DNA of 63,680 nt, filler included, from Pelomyxa schiedti (GCA_020536535.1; 6 parts of 6 records of this genome joined end to end with filler, not necessarily neighbours in it); one strand, 5' to 3'; positions 11,249 to 25,449 are shown, counted from the first letter of the whole stretch. The notes: generated by a model from the letters alone, not told the origin. A program made the numbers and translations.

Positions 11249-13021
11249 TCATAGCAGCGTGAGCTTAGTGTTGCTTGCCAAGCTCACCCCAGATACTAGT
11301 GTGACTGTGGTTTCATTCCGCGGCATTGTGAGGAAGAACTCACTTACAAATGTGGCTGATGGAGGCCTCACTTGTACTCGGACTTGGTTATTTCCGCCAT
11401 CATATTGCAGCTGTAAGAGAAACATTGGATGGAAGTCAAAAAATGTGTATATAAGAGGATTATACCCTGAGAGCAGTGCCAGGAACTAGTTGGGGAATGT
11501 TGGGTTCATCCTTTCCGCAAACCCTCCAGCTTTTAGTTTTGCAGCAAAAAGTTACACCAATGGTAGTGTATGACATTGTTTCCCCAAAGCAGCTTTCGCC
11601 GGTAAGTGGAAACACAGACGATGCAACTCCAAAACTGATACAACTTTGGTCACCCAGGGTATCAATGACAACCTCAAGGCACACTCTGTAGAATGTTTGT
11701 CATAGATACCAGTATTGGTTGCACATACTTTTCTGTAGCTGCAAACTGACTGGAAAAAGCCTTGGGGAAGTTTCCTTTATCGCCAACTCGTTGTATGGTA
11801 CGGCGATCAGAAGAAATGGTGAGCGAACGTGAGACCCTGAGTGAAATGACATTGAAATTTAAATTAAGGTGGCATACAAAGCCCACTCCGTTACTCTCCG
11901 GAAAGTACTTGTACCTTAGTGGTTATGAGAAAGAGTAAGCAAGGAAGATGGTGACTCTTCAGTTTCTGTATTTCATCTTCGTGTATTTCGACTTGCGTCA
12001 TGAGTTTTTGTATGAGAGCACTTTGAGTGGATAGCTGATCCAGTAAACGAGAAAAAAACGGTTGAAGTTTCGCAAGATTGCAGCTGGCACAGTGTGCAGG
12101 CAACTCTGACCTTACACCTTTCCAGGAGCAACAGTCTGTGAAACTTCCAGGGCAACGAATAACTTTCATGGGACAAACATTCATTTCATGTTTATCCTGA
12201 TCCAGGGGTGCTATTTTCGAGCCACATCCAAGCCTGCACACTGTTGAACGAGACATCAGTAACTACTTGAGGTTCTGTGCATGTGGAGGGCAATATAAAC
12301 ATTTAAAAAAAGAGCTTAATTGGTAAAACGGGAGGCCATACATATTGGACAACTTGGAATGTGTTCTGTATCCAGTTTGGCTCTGGGAACCAAGACACCG
12401 CAGTTTGGACAGCTTATTGGGATGACAGGGCAAACGGTATCATGCATGCGTTGTTGAGATGGTTTCACCAGTTTATTACATCCATTGATACATTCTGTAC
12501 AAAGGAGAAAGGTTAAGAGACTGGAGCAAAAAACTTTGAGTGCTGAACCAATGGGGCATTCTGGAGTGTGACTGCCAATTTCAGCTCTTCTGAAAGTCTT
12601 TCTGCACCCAAGGCAATATACCTCAAGGGAATCCAGTTTAGAAAGCATAGTCTTGTTTGTAGCAAGCTGGCTCTCATTTACATCCTCAGTGCAAGTAGGG
12701 CATTCAGATATCTGGAAAAGAAGCCGCCTTAGTTACCAAAAAGATTATTTCCCACACTTCCACATGGACAAAAATCACATAACAGATCCCCTCACAAAAA
12801 CGTGGCCGCACCTCATTTTTGCAGGCAGAGCACAGCCATTCCCCGCAAGAGTGCACAAGAGGAATTGTGGGAGGCAGGTGGCAAACAACGCACAAACGAG
12901 GGAAGCTGCTAGCATTCACGTACTCGTACGACGCCCCTGCACCTCCGCCTCCTCCTGAGGAGAACAAGGATGGCAAGGATGACAGGTGCGCGTGGTGATG
13001 CTTCCTGTCTGAGGTTAACAT
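11249..13021 (-). CDS. RING + TRAF-type zinc finger protein with C-terminal SPRY-like domain
   Basis: CVVC..HSCGEWLC RING, MLSKLDSLEVYC, several C-x3-C...H...CP TRAF fingers, coiled coil, then LTISSDRRTIQR...LEVVID...ISFGVA. Confidence 0.75.
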
Positions 13022-13319
13022 GGTGACGTTGGTTGGTTGTTTGTTTGTTGTGTGAAGGTTTGGGGCTTTGTTTTTTTTTTTGGTTAGTGGTGCGTGAGAG
13101 GCTCCTTAACGAGGTTGGTGTTTTGGTTTTTATTTTTTTTCTTGTGGAAGCTCCTGAAACGCACGTGGTAGAGCCCGCCGTGAGTGAATTTAAATTGGGG
13201 TTGTGTCAGAGATCAAGGCGAAAAAAAGCGGTGGTTTTTCACTCATTTTCTTCTAGGTGCACGTTTTTTTGAGTGTACAGGTTTTCTCTTGCCTTTTGTT
13301 GTGGACCATTTTTGGGAGC

Positions 13320-14096
13320 TCAAAGTGGCAAATACAGGCAAAAGGCGTCGACACCATTGAGGTAGTACCTCTTGAGGCGTTTTACTTTGAGGAACCCAAG
13401 GGATGTGTAGAGTCCCAATGAGCCTTGGTTTGTAACTTCAGTTTCTAGTACAACCTCGTCACACTTGTCCTCTAGCATTCTGCTTATTACGGATTTGACA
13501 AGAGCCGACCCTAAAATAGATGGTTGTTGGGAATCGTAAACAATTGTATGGCGATAAGTCAAACCTATTCCTTGCTTTCTCCAAGCTTTATCTACAGCAA
13601 GCATTGCAATATACCCTCTCATGGTGTCACGTTTAGATCTATCAAGTTTGCACACAATAGCACCAACACACTTGCCTGTTTGCTTGTCTCTAGCCTTCAT
13701 TGATTAGATTTTGTTTACCCCATAACGCAAACTACCAAAAAAACCAAGATTTACATACAAAAAAAAAAAAAAAAAGAGAAAGAGTAAGAAACAAACCAAC
13801 AAACACAATGAAGGCCAGTTGTGTATGAAATATCTATATGTGAACACAGAGTAGGGCTCGCTGAGCTCCAGCTCCATCAGGGCCATGATCTCCCCGAGGT
13901 CCATGTCGTCCCTGTACGCGTCGATGCGCCACATCGCGCCAGCCATCCTCGCCGCGTCGGCCGCGGCAGCCGCCTCCATCTGCATGCGCCTCTGCCTCGC
14001 CAGCTCCTCCGCCCTGCCCCCCTCGCCCCCGTTGCTGTGATCGTGGTGGTGGGCCCCCGCCCCGCTCCCGTGCTCATGGCCGCACCCGCACGACAT
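13320..14096 (-). CDS. NAA30: N-alpha-acetyltransferase 30 (NatC catalytic subunit, Mak3)
   Basis: [61 protein letters not shown]. Confidence 0.93.
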
Positions 14097-14208
14097 TCTG
14101 GTCGATACGCCTGGTCAAGGCCGAATCCAAATCTTTTTTTTTTTTTGAATCAAGCCACACAGACGACAAACATTTCACAGTGGTGATAACCACGAGCGCT
14201 ATCGACAA

Positions 14209-17200
14209 ATGCAGCCGACAGGCGGGACAGGGCGCGGAGCAGCACACCGGTCCAGCGGCGGCGGTGGCCGTGCACAGCCCGATAATGATAATCTGCAGCA
14301 CCCGGCGCTCGACGCGGGGGAAGAAGAGGAAGAAGAAGCGCCCCCGCCATGGCTGGAGCAGCACTTGGCGTCCTTGAGTGCCTCGGGCATTGACCCCACC
14401 CAGTTAGGCTTAGACCTCAACTTCCCACAGCGCCACGGCCACCAGCCACAGCAGCAACAGCAACATCGCCAGCAACAACAACAGCAGCAACCTTATCAAC
14501 AACAACCGAGAGGCGTTGGCGTCGGCGTAGGCGTAGGCGTCGGGCCGGATTATGCTCATCTTGACCCCGTTGTCAACTTGTTCGCTCAGTATCCGAATGG
14601 CTTCGACCACAACGCCTTCACATTCCTCCTGGACTCTCCTCCGACGGATACTAACGTCGGCACCTCCTCCGCTGGTACATCGACACCCACTGCAACTTCG
14701 ACTTCTACATCCGCCTATGCATCTACTACGACGAGGAGGTGTTCTTCCACTTCATCTCCTGTTATTAATACTTGTTCCGCTTCCGCTTCTGCTTCTTCTT
14801 CGAGTTTGTATCCTCCCAGTGGTGGAACAATTGGCACTGTGAGGAAGGGTTTGGGCTCAGCACTTCCTGGAACTTCCAACACCAACGCTTCGTCGCTGTC
14901 GCTGCCTAGCGCTGGAATTCCGGTGAATATATCACCCCATTTGCCACCTGTCTCCACTGCAACAAGTTCTTCCACTCCTCTATCTAGTGCTACTCCTGCA
15001 TCATCAAGTGCTCTTCCTGCTACAGGAGGGGCCACAATGGCGGTGGATAAAAGAGGGGTGGACAGGAGTGAGGTTAACAATATGGGGGAGAGTGATCAAA
15101 CCGTGGACGGCAGTGCTTTTGGATTTGGATTTGGTTTTGATTTTGGTTTTAGTTTTGGTGTCAGTGGTGGAAGTGAAGGCAACAGAGCTCGTTCCATTGG
15201 AAGTAGTGGTAGTCCAGACGATCCAATGCATGGAGATCAGACCCCCGCTCCTTTTTTGCCTGTTCCAAGTCAGAAATTCACCTGTGTTGAATTCCCAGGG
15301 TAACAGTTTCCTTCTTTTTTTTTTTTTTTTTTTTGAGAATGTACTCTCGTCTTGATGCGGGGCTACAATCTCTACATGTAGTACTATTTACACTGTTGCA
15401 GGGCAATTACAGGTGACGTTCAAAATGCACTTGCCTCGTTTGGAGGCGCCACTGCTGTTTCTTCTGCTCTACGGTGTCATCATGCCGGCAAATATGACAA
15501 TATGCTTCAATTCGCCCCTCGTGGTGGTCTGTTTGCAAGGCCTGCATATGCTCACAGAAAAGTTGCATGCAACATGCTCCTGCAAGTGAAGCACACAAAA
15601 CCCAGGCTTAATTCAAGTCCGACATCTTCGTCAATACCTGAAGAGGCAGACGAGAGGAAGGTTGCGAGTGCTGAAATTATTGGTGTTATTGATAGCGTGT
15701 TTCAATTCTCAGGACTATTTGACTTTCAGGTCAGATTGCCACGGTTTTTTTTGCTTCCACTCACTTGGTGCAGTTCATTGTTCAAGAGTCTGCAATGGAC
15801 GAAGAATCCCTTGTAGCAGACACCTTGTTGAACATCCCTCCCCCTGTGGGTATATCAAGTCTGTTTATTCCCTCATTTTAATTCAGGTATTTTCTCGTGT
15901 TGATAGGCCAATTCCCTATCGTTTCCGACCAAACCCACTTTGGAAGGCTGAAAAATCTCCGTCGGGGTCTACAGAGGCCATGTCGTTCAAGCTGAAAGTG
16001 AGGTAACTGCTCTCTGGTCCCAATCCCAATCTTGAAGTCCTTCCTCACTGCATCCTTAGCCAGAAGAGGAGAGCACTCACTTTGCTTCCCTTCAATGCTC
16101 CCATACTTATGCAAGCACCTCTAGAAACCTTTCCCAGTCTTCGACCCGGCGATTCAGCCATTATGGAGCCTCTCACTGCACTATTCAAGGCCAGGTACCA
16201 GTTGCATTAAGCTGCTTTTTCTCAATCACACCAGATTTGTGTGGTCGCAAGGTTGCCTTCACGAAGCTCTGAGTAAAACCATTCTAGTGCCCTTAAAAAC
16301 ACTGAGGAGACTTCTGCCATACGTTGCCTTCCGTTTTCAGGGAGGACCTTGGCGAACTGCACTTGTGGCCTATGGCTATGACCCAAGAAAGGTTTCTTGT
16401 AAATAAAATAGATCCGATCTCAAAAAATGCAGGACCCCGCGAGTAGAATACACCAGGTGATAACGGCAACCACTCTTTAATACTGTTTTCACATTGACAC
16501 AGACAAAGGGGCGTACTGCATCTAACTTACTTGCGTTAGGTTGGTGAATTACGAATCCGGGAAGCTCTTCCAAAAAAAAGTACCGTAATGGAGCAGTACT
16601 TTCCCCGACAAAGAAGGCAGCTCTCAGTTTCCCTTGAAGTATCACACTCCACTGTGTTTTCTGTTTAATTGAATCAAGGACCTTTCACAAGGGGATCTGC
16701 CTGACCTTTCCAAAGAAGTTGATCATGATACATTCAGACTGCGAAGCAAACCATACCAGCAAACCTTCACTTACATGTTCTCTGATATTGACAATGTAAA
16801 TATGCAGCGGCTTCTAGCAGAAGTACCCCCTCTTGGTCAGTGTACTGCTAAATACGGCTGGCTGCCACTGATTGCCTGCAAGGCTCTCTTTGAGATTGCC
16901 CGAAAAATGGCAATAGGATTGGCAAGGGGTTGTCCCCAAAACGAGGTTAATTCCCTTTTTTCCGTACGAAGAAAAATTCTTCAGATTCTCAACGCCGGCT
17001 TAGGTTTCCAATTATGGCAAAGAGGAAGCCGATGCAGTGCTAGAGCAGCTGCGCAACAAAAAGCCAGACGACCTCCTGGCCGAAACCTCCGCAAGCAAGC
17101 CGGCATTCCCACATCTCAGTGTATATGCCGCCGTAGCAGCAGCAACACCCATGATGCTACCCCCTGTAAGTGACAAAAACCTCCTCAGTGCCGAATCCCT

Positions 17201-17498
17201 TGAAGCCCTTCAAAAAATGAGCACAGTTGCAACATCTTCAACAGCTTCAACAGCAACATCTACTTCCACTACAACTTCAACTTCAGCAGCACCCAACACA
17301 GATACAGGGGCCACATTCGGCCCGGTTCATCAACAAACAACCAAACTGGATGCAAACAGTATATTTGAAAACCTCAGGGTTCCTTCTCCTGAGCAGCTAC
17401 AACAGATGCTACAAAGTATGGTTGATGGTGATGCATATGTACCCCTAGATTCTGGTGATGAGGCAAACAATGATACAGAGGATGAGGAAGATGCCTGA
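14209..17498 (+). CDS. GTF3C5: RNA polymerase III factor TFIIIC subunit 5 (Tau95/Tfc1) with long low-complexity N-terminal extension
   Basis: CVEFPG, LQFAPRGGLFARP, IIGVIDSVFQFSGLFDFQ, LLPYVAFRFQGGPWRTALVAYGYDPRK, acidic C-terminus. Confidence 0.85.
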
Positions 17499-17560
17499 AA
17501 TGGTGCCCAAATAAAGAAAAAAAAGGTGAAATTACAAACAAGTTTTTATTTTTTTACATG

Positions 17561-20482
17561 TTAGTTTTCACCCCCTTTGTTTGTTGGTGCTTCATCCCCC
17601 TGGATTCTTCTTTGAACTCGCTCAAGCACAATTGCATAGTTCTTTGCTATCCAGGTGTCACTTTTGCATTCCTGGATGAGAGCTTCAACAGTGCTCTTAT
17701 CACCACCAAGCAAGCCATCATATATATTATTGAATAGCTGGGCGACCTGTGCTTATGTAAGTGACACGGTTTGGAAGAGTGAGGTGTTTACCCGAATTTG
17801 TTGTCCAGTGGCTCCTGCTTTAGTACCAATCAATTGGTAAACGTGAGTTACTGTGGTTTTGTAGCCTCGTAGTATTACAGTGTCAACCCAGGCGCACACG
17901 AACTGGTCTTTGACAGTTCTAGTTGTGTCAGTGTACTACAAGAATAACAACGAAATACCGGTAAGTTTCTCCTGAAATGAGAGGTGTTAGGCTGTTAACT
18001 TTGCCAAGTTGCTCCAACCGAGAGGCAATATTTGCAGTATTTCCACACACTGTTCATAAAAAGTTACACAGGAGGGTAAGAGTAAAAAAAATCGACCTGT
18101 ATAATTTATTCTGTCAGGGCAGCCGATATTGCCCACAAGTAGAACCCCTGTGTGAATTCCTACTCTTATTTCTATGCCGGGCATTCCTCTGCTTGCCCAA
18201 ATCTGATTCAAATGTTCCAGCTCCCGCATAAAATCTACTGCTGTTTTGCATGCCCAAAATTCCTGCTCCTCAATTTCTTCAGGAGCTCCCCAAATGGCCA
18301 TAATGCAATCACTTTTCACAATTAAGTTACATTTCGTTGTGTTCAAAGTAGAAAAAGTACCCAATGTACTTGTCAATGGTACCGTGGTTCTGATGAATGA
18401 TTACTGTGAAACCCTCCAGCCATTCATTTAGCAAAGCAACAACAGAATGACGGGGAAGCGACTCAGAAAGAGTTGTGAATCCCTTTTCAGAATTATGTTT
18501 TGTCCATGGGGTAAGGTATACCTTGATGTCACAAAACAGAACTGTCATACGTCGCTGCTCCATGCCAAGAAGACTTGAACCAATAGGTTTGTGCATTACA
18601 TCCAGAACCACCTTTCGTGGGATATACTTAGTCAAAGCAATTATTCCTATGTGGTAATGAAATTTTCAGAAATCCTGCTGGAAACCAACCAGATTTGAGT
18701 TGGGCAAATCTGGCATGTATTTCCCTCATCTCAGTCAACATAGGCGGACTTCGGGTGCCAGTAAAATCGAGATGTGTTATGGACCTCATATCTCTCTCGA
18801 GACTTTTCAGTGGCCTCGAAACACAAAGAGAGAATAGCAAGGCCAAACCTGCACACGATTAGGAACATATTGGTAAAATTGCGTACCTAGGCATGCAGCA
18901 CAAATTACACAACACAGAACGAGGGTCAATATGTCTGGTTGCATTTTTTCCCCTTGGTAAACAACCACAACACCCCAATTGATCCCACATTCCATTTGGA
19001 GGGGTGTGACTGCCATAACATGTGAGCCTGATATCCACGCCGTGTATTCATCTTCGACCCAAGAGATTGTGTGGGAATTGTAAAAGGAAACGGCGTCCTG
19101 TATTAGCCAGTGTTGTACATCAGATACAGGCAGGACTTGGTTATTCTCATCATATAGTTGTACGTCGGGGCTTTATTTCTAGTTAGAAGGCGTTTTCTAT
19201 GTCTTTCTTATTACCTACTGCAGCCAACAACTAAACCATCCTGGGTTATGATGAAGGCTATTGAGTTCTCAGGCAGTGGAATTGCTGTAAACATCACATT
19301 AATTGCTCCTACGATATAGTCCATGCCAGATACTGCAATCAGGTATCCAGTGTTATCGCGTACTGCTAGGCTGTGACTGATATAGGTTATTCCACTGATC
19401 GAAGAGGTGTACATGTCTGTCCAGCATTTTTGAGGGCCAGCTATTTCAGGAATGTTGGTGAGTGGACCACTTGGTCTTTATTACCTGGGTCACTAACAAT
19501 GGTGTACCATGGTTTTCCAGTGCCTCCATAGTTGTCTTTGCACCAGTTTGAAGAACCAGTCCATTGACCCTTGAGGTCTGAAAGAAATACTGTCAGGAAA
19601 TGGAATGATACTAGAAAAGAAGTACTGGTGGAGAGTTCACACTCGGTTCCATTGTTAAACCCCCTCCAGTAACCTGTCACATTATCCTATAATTGGTAAA
19701 TTTCACTTGAGACAGTGGTTGGCACACATATCGGATATGACCATATATTACACCAGGCTGGGTGAAAGTTATCCAAACAGCGCTGACTGGCCACCCATAA
19801 AAGTCTCCTACGTTTCCGTCAGATACAGAAGGGAGCTGGGAAGGTGATTACCATACAGACTATTGTTAAGAGTTACTTGGTCCGTTTGGGAAAGTACCTT
19901 TTTTTTTTTTACTTAGGTGAACGTGATGAAGAGAGGAGTGGAGGGAACACACCCCAGAAAGAACTTTTTGTTTATTGATAGCTACCACTGTCTCGGCGGT
20001 AGTAAGTTGCTGCTTCGCAGAAAGTCGAAGGCTTTGAGCATGTGAAAGTGCTCTGGCTGAAGTGATGGTGTCCGCCCAGCGATTTGTAGATACAAAGCTC
20101 TGGAGTAAAATAAAAGAAATCTGATTAGACCAAAGGGAACAGAAGCGGAAATAAAGGGAGGGAGGGAGAGAGAGATGAAAGGCACCATGGCCAAAGCTGT
20201 GATCGTTGGGAGAATGGCCGCGGTGGCGACCAAAAAAAACAAAACTACAACAAACGAGACGATCTTTTTGTGGAACCAATGGGCCGTCCTCTTGGGGAAA
20301 CTTTTTCGGCGGGACGGCCTGTCTGACGCCGAGAAGTCTACGTTTGAGTGGTCCATGTCGAGCACGAGCTCGGATTCACTCCACTGCACTTTCTGAATGT
20401 GCACGGGGGCAACTGTAAAGTCGCTGCCTCCCGTAACTGCGATCTTGCCCTCTGCTTCGTCGGCTACTTTGCCTGAACGCAT
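17561..20482 (-). CDS. Membrane-bound class III adenylate cyclase with extracellular Cache-like sensor and HAMP linker
   Basis: TM helix, PWY..., AVSGMD (Cache-like), second TM + VSRPLKSL (HAMP), MTVLFCDIKGFTTLSE, GTIDKYIGDCIMAIWGAP, IRVGIHTG, GNTANIASRLE. Confidence 0.88.
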
Positions 20483-20780
20483 GAGCACAAGCCCACCGGT
20501 GGTTTTTTTTTTTGTTCTTTTGCCGAACTTGTTGTTCGCTTTTTTCTGAGTTTTCTCCTTGGGAGGGAAAGATTGTTCGTGGCCTGTTGAAGACATAGAA
20601 TTTTTTAGGTAGTTAAGATCAACACGACGCACAACTCAACTCACGGTTGTGGACATTGTAGAAGTGACAATTCCCGGGGACCCTAAAATAGCCTGGACTC
20701 CGAAAAAATTGCTTTTTTTGGGCTTGGTAAAGTAAATGTGAACCAACTGCTGTTTGTTAAGATGAAAAAGTTTCTTTGGA

Positions 20781-22370
20781 CTAGAGTAGTGCCGCGAGAA
20801 TGTTCTTGATCTCAGCCTTGCCAATGTTTCCCTCTGTAGCTAGGTGTGCATCCTTAAGGGTCTCGACGATTGCCTCGAACTTGTCATCAGTTAGGCCGTA
20901 CTGTGAAAGCCTGGTGTGTACACCAAGGCTCTTGAAAAACTCCTCCACAAAGACAATAGCTTGTTCTGCAGCATCCGCTCCCTGTGTTTTGTTTTTCTTT
21001 AGGTGGAGAATAGAGGCCTTAAAGGTGCGTACGTGGTAGTTGAAAACGCGCTCTGCCATTTGAGTGTACTTGTTCCTCCTCAGAGACAGTTGGTGCTTCA
21101 TTACTACAAAGCAGTGAGAGATATCACAAGATTACACCGACTCACTAGCAGGAATTGTGAGAGCCAAAGTTTGCGCATGGTCCAAGCCGTACTGAGCAGT
21201 CATAACGTGCCCTTTACACAGCGTTAGGATACCAAACTACTCTTTGTTACATACCAATAGCATGTCCGGCCCAGCAAGGCTTGACACCGGAGGAAATGAG
21301 GCCATTGAGAGCGGAACTCGCGCACCACATAAAATCGGCTGCAGCAGCATAACTAATTCTGGTTTAATTTGTAGGATTTGTCGAGGAGTGCTTACTCCTG
21401 TCGTTGAGCCATAACAGTGGGTGCAACTTCAATTAAAGACTTTAGAATAGCCTCTGCCTGTCTGTCCTGAAGACGTCCCATTTGATAATGCCCCAAGTAC
21501 TGCTCAAGAACATGAACAAACGAGTCAATGAGCCCATTAGCAAGTTGCCTGCGGAGGTTGGAGAATCATTCAGCAGAGGAAAAACGCACCTTGGTGGAAT
21601 GGAGAAGGTAACTGTGGGGTCAAGAATACTGAAGACCGGGAAGCAAGACGGATGGGCAAATGGTATTTTGCGTTTAGTTGCGAGATGAGAGACAACTGAG
21701 CCTTCATTGTATTCGCTCCCTGCTGCTGGCAAAGTCAAAACAACACCAATGGGGCACTAAAAGGAAAGTGATTGAACGTCCTGGAATTACATTTCATACC
21801 TTCGCATGGGGTTCATACGCTTTCTCATTGGGGAACCCAAAGCCCCAGTGCACGGGAATGTCATACGGATCGTCCGAGGCGGTCCAATTCATGGCACAAG
21901 TGATGTACTTGCAAGCTGCAAAATGACCAGTAAGAAGATCAACAAACAGATAAGGCGTTACCATCAATAACACTCCCACCACCAACTGCAAGAAGGAAGT
22001 TAACGTTGTTCGTTTTCGCAAGAGCAACTGCCTTCATGCATGTCTAAAACAAATGTCAACCCCACTTTCTGTTTTTAATAATAACTTCATATTAAATGGG
22101 TACCTCGTGGGAGGGATTTGGCTCAATACCGCCAAATTCACAAACAGGTGTCACAGCAGCTGTAACCTAATGTTATTTAAAATGAGCAAGACCAACGAAA
22201 TGGGAAAAAAACTTCAGAGACACCTGAGCATAAATGCCATTTGCTTTAATGCTACCACCGCCATAGACCAACATCACACGCGAGTCTGTGGGCACCAAAG
22301 TGCTCAGTTTGGCAATCTGACCACGGCCAAACACGATCCTGGTGGGGCTGCATAGAACGAAGTTGTTCAT
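20781..22370 (-). CDS. Iron-containing, probably NADP-dependent alcohol dehydrogenase (YqhD/BdhA-like), multi-exon
   Basis: MNNF..PTRIVFGRGQI, YGGGSIKANG, FGGIEPNP, LAVGGGSVIDG, LTLPAAGSE, SILDP, GLDHAQTL. Confidence 0.9.
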
Positions 22371-22820
22371 TTTTACTCAACACAAAGCGCGGGGATTTTT
22401 GGCTATCGGGGAGCTTGTTCAGGGTTTTTTTGTTTTTTTGTGCGCCACGGCACTTGTTTTCTGTGATTGATCGTTTGGGGATTTGAAGCTGGGGGGGGCC
22501 GGTAAAAATTCGTTGTGAGAAGTGTACACTTTGCAGTTGCGAAGTTCAACCCTCTCCCAATCAATAACTGCTAGAGAAGACTTCAGTCTCTCCGTCTGCA
22601 GCAAGCACATGTGCGTGAGCGTTGCTCAGAAGGGAGCTATTGAGAGTGGAACCACCTTCTCTGAGTGGAAGAAATATCAAGGAGCAGGGTGCACACTTCA
22701 AAATCTAGACGGCGACATCAAAGCTACGAGAAAAACTTTTGATCTCCCAGGCGTGCCAATCACTTTCACTTTTAATTTGACATCGCGCAGGCCTCACGCG
22801 ATCTTCTAGTTGTAAGGACT

Positions 22821-25449
22821 ATGGTGCTGTTCCGCCGTTTGATTGCTCTTTTGGGATCTTGTTTTCTAGTGGGCTGTACTGTACTACGAGGATCTGGCTG
22901 TTTGAACGAATTCACGCAGGAACTACTTTTTAATGCCCTCGTGCATTGCGCAACTGGTGTGCCGCAGAGCGTTGGTTATGGAGACGTGTTGAGGAGCGAG
23001 TGCGATAGCGACGTGCGGAAATTGAAGGTGTTAATGACAGTCGTTTCTGTGGAAGACAATACAGGCTCCCCTTTATCAATTGAACTACAAAAACTGGTCA
23101 CTGTAGGATCTGACGCCTTGGTTTGCGACTTGTGCATGCGCATCTTTATTCTTTGATTTTTCTGAGGCTGCAAACATAGTGGACTACAATTGATGACACT
23201 GTCGCGAGCTGTTCTGTATACGAGCATTCATTGTGTGAAGTCCATTACGATGCTGAACAATTAGAATTGGGGTACTCTACATTTCGTCGTGGATAGTATT
23301 AACATTTATTTAGAAAAAGTGAGCTTCGTCTTCGAGTTTATCCGTCTCTCTTGAATTCTAATTCGCAAGACCGAGTTTGTGTAAGCTTGACTGCTGTCCC
23401 TCTGGGAGCAATAGGAAGATATGAGGTAGGTTCTTCCATCTTATTCCTAACTACCCTCATCTTATTTAGGTTTATGTTGCTGCAGCTGTATTTATAGTTA
23501 TGTTCGTACTTGTATCTGTTGAGGTGTGCAACAGAACGTTGGTAGCATTATTTGGCGTTATGACTCTTTTTTGCTTTGTGTGGGCTTTTGAAGGTCAGAA
23601 GCGATCCTCTTTCTTCATTATTAATTTTCACAAAGAACTTCCAACGTTGGAGGAAATGTCCAGCTGGCTAGACTGGAACACTCTTGTTCTCCTCCTTTCT
23701 ATGATGATGCTTATAAGTGTGTTCTCACAAACCGGGGCATTTGAATATGTTGCATGGGCAACAGTTAGGATATGCGCACGTCAAACTTCCATTGCGCCAT
23801 GCAATTGTGGGAGTATTTTCTCTTCCCGCCACAAGTGGAGCATTTTAATTGCTATTGGCACTTTGACTGCTATCGCTTCTGCCTTCTTGGATAACTGTAC
23901 AACTGTATTACTATTTGGTCCTATTTCAGTGAGAATTGCAGGACTTTTACACTGTAGTCCAAAGCCTTTTCTTATGTACTAATCCTTCTGATTCCTTTAC
24001 GCTAATGCGGGTTAAAGATCACTAATATACTTCTGTACACTTGGTGGTGCTATGACCCTTGTGGGAGACCCCCCCAAGTAATAGCTTCTTTTTTTTTTTC
24101 CCCCAATACAATTTACCATCTTTGCAGTCTGATAATTGGAAGTAGCTTTAACCTTGGCTTCACTGAATTGTATTTTTTGTGGTCTTTTTTGTTTTTTCCT
24201 CATCATACCAACAGCTTACTTAATTGCATGCCCTGCATAGTCTTCATTTTTCCGTTTGCCTTTCTTTTGATGTACTTTCAATTCAAAGACTTGATCTCTC
24301 CAAAACCTCCAAAGTACAATCCAGTCGTCAATGTGTGTTATTATGTAGGGAAAAAGGTCTCACAATTATATTATTTAGTGGGAAGATGGCTCTCAATATG
24401 ACTCCGAACTGTCTTTGCTTCACCACACCCCCGACAATCTGCCCAGGTTTCTTTCGTTCATTGTAGTAATCTCATTTTTGAATGAAGTCCTTCTTCACCA
24501 TTAAATGACATCCAAAAACGACATTCGAATTGTACTTCCCCGAGTAAATCCGAAGAGACCTCTGTTCACTTTGACATTATTTTGGAGGGCTCTGCGAGTC
24601 CCACTACTACATGTAAGACTTTCCCTATATGCAACAAGTTAACCGTAATCAATCGGAAGCTTATATACGCGACAAAAGGAAATTGTGCATTTGCAGCATC
24701 GTCCTATGCCTGGTCTTGCTTGGATTCCTACTAGAACCACTAACTGGGCTGAGTCCTCCTTATGTCTCCCTTGCTGGAGCTGCTGTATGAGAGTATATGT
24801 TTCTATTTTTAACTCTTTACTAGGTAGTTCTGTTACTTTGCTCTCCAAAAGATATCACTGACATCCTCGAAAAAGTGGAGTGGCAGACACTATTATTCTT
24901 TTCCTTTTTGTTCATTTTCATCAACTTGACCACCAAACTTGATTTGTCATGGTTTCTTTCACTTGGAGCTGAGAAATTAATATCAGGTTGAAATTCTATC
25001 TCACATGAAGTAGCAAACTCCTTCCAGCCGTTCCTGTGAACGCTCAATTGCCGGTTGCAGTGATTTTCGTATGCTGGACGAGCGGCTTGATAGCTTGCTG
25101 GTGTAACAACATTGCTTATACTGTGGCAGTTATACCTTTGGTGTGCACAGGCTGTACTATGTTCTGAATAACCCAATGTTAGATATTTAATATTGGATAC
25201 AACCCTGAAATATCCTGCGCAGTAGAACCTCTCGCTTTCACCCTGGCACTTGGTGTTGCTCTGAGTGCCAATGGCACCATCATAGCAGCAGCACCAAACC
25301 TCATTCTTGTTGGACTTGCCAACAAATGCGGGCACAAGATTTCCTTCTTCGAGTTCCTCTGCTATGGTTTCCCGTTCCTCGTCATGACACTCGTTCTGTG
25401 CAGTTTTTACTGTTTATTTGTCTATAGCGCTCTTGGGGTATACAGTTGA
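22821..25449 (+). CDS. OCA2/P-protein-like (ArsB/NhaD/CitMHS superfamily) transporter, multi-exon; start uncertain
   Basis: WLDWNTLVLLLSMM, SQTGAFEY, SAFLDNCTTVLL, LGGAMTLVGDPPN, VEWQTLLFF, GVALSANGTIIAAAPN, ISFFEF. Confidence 0.82.
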
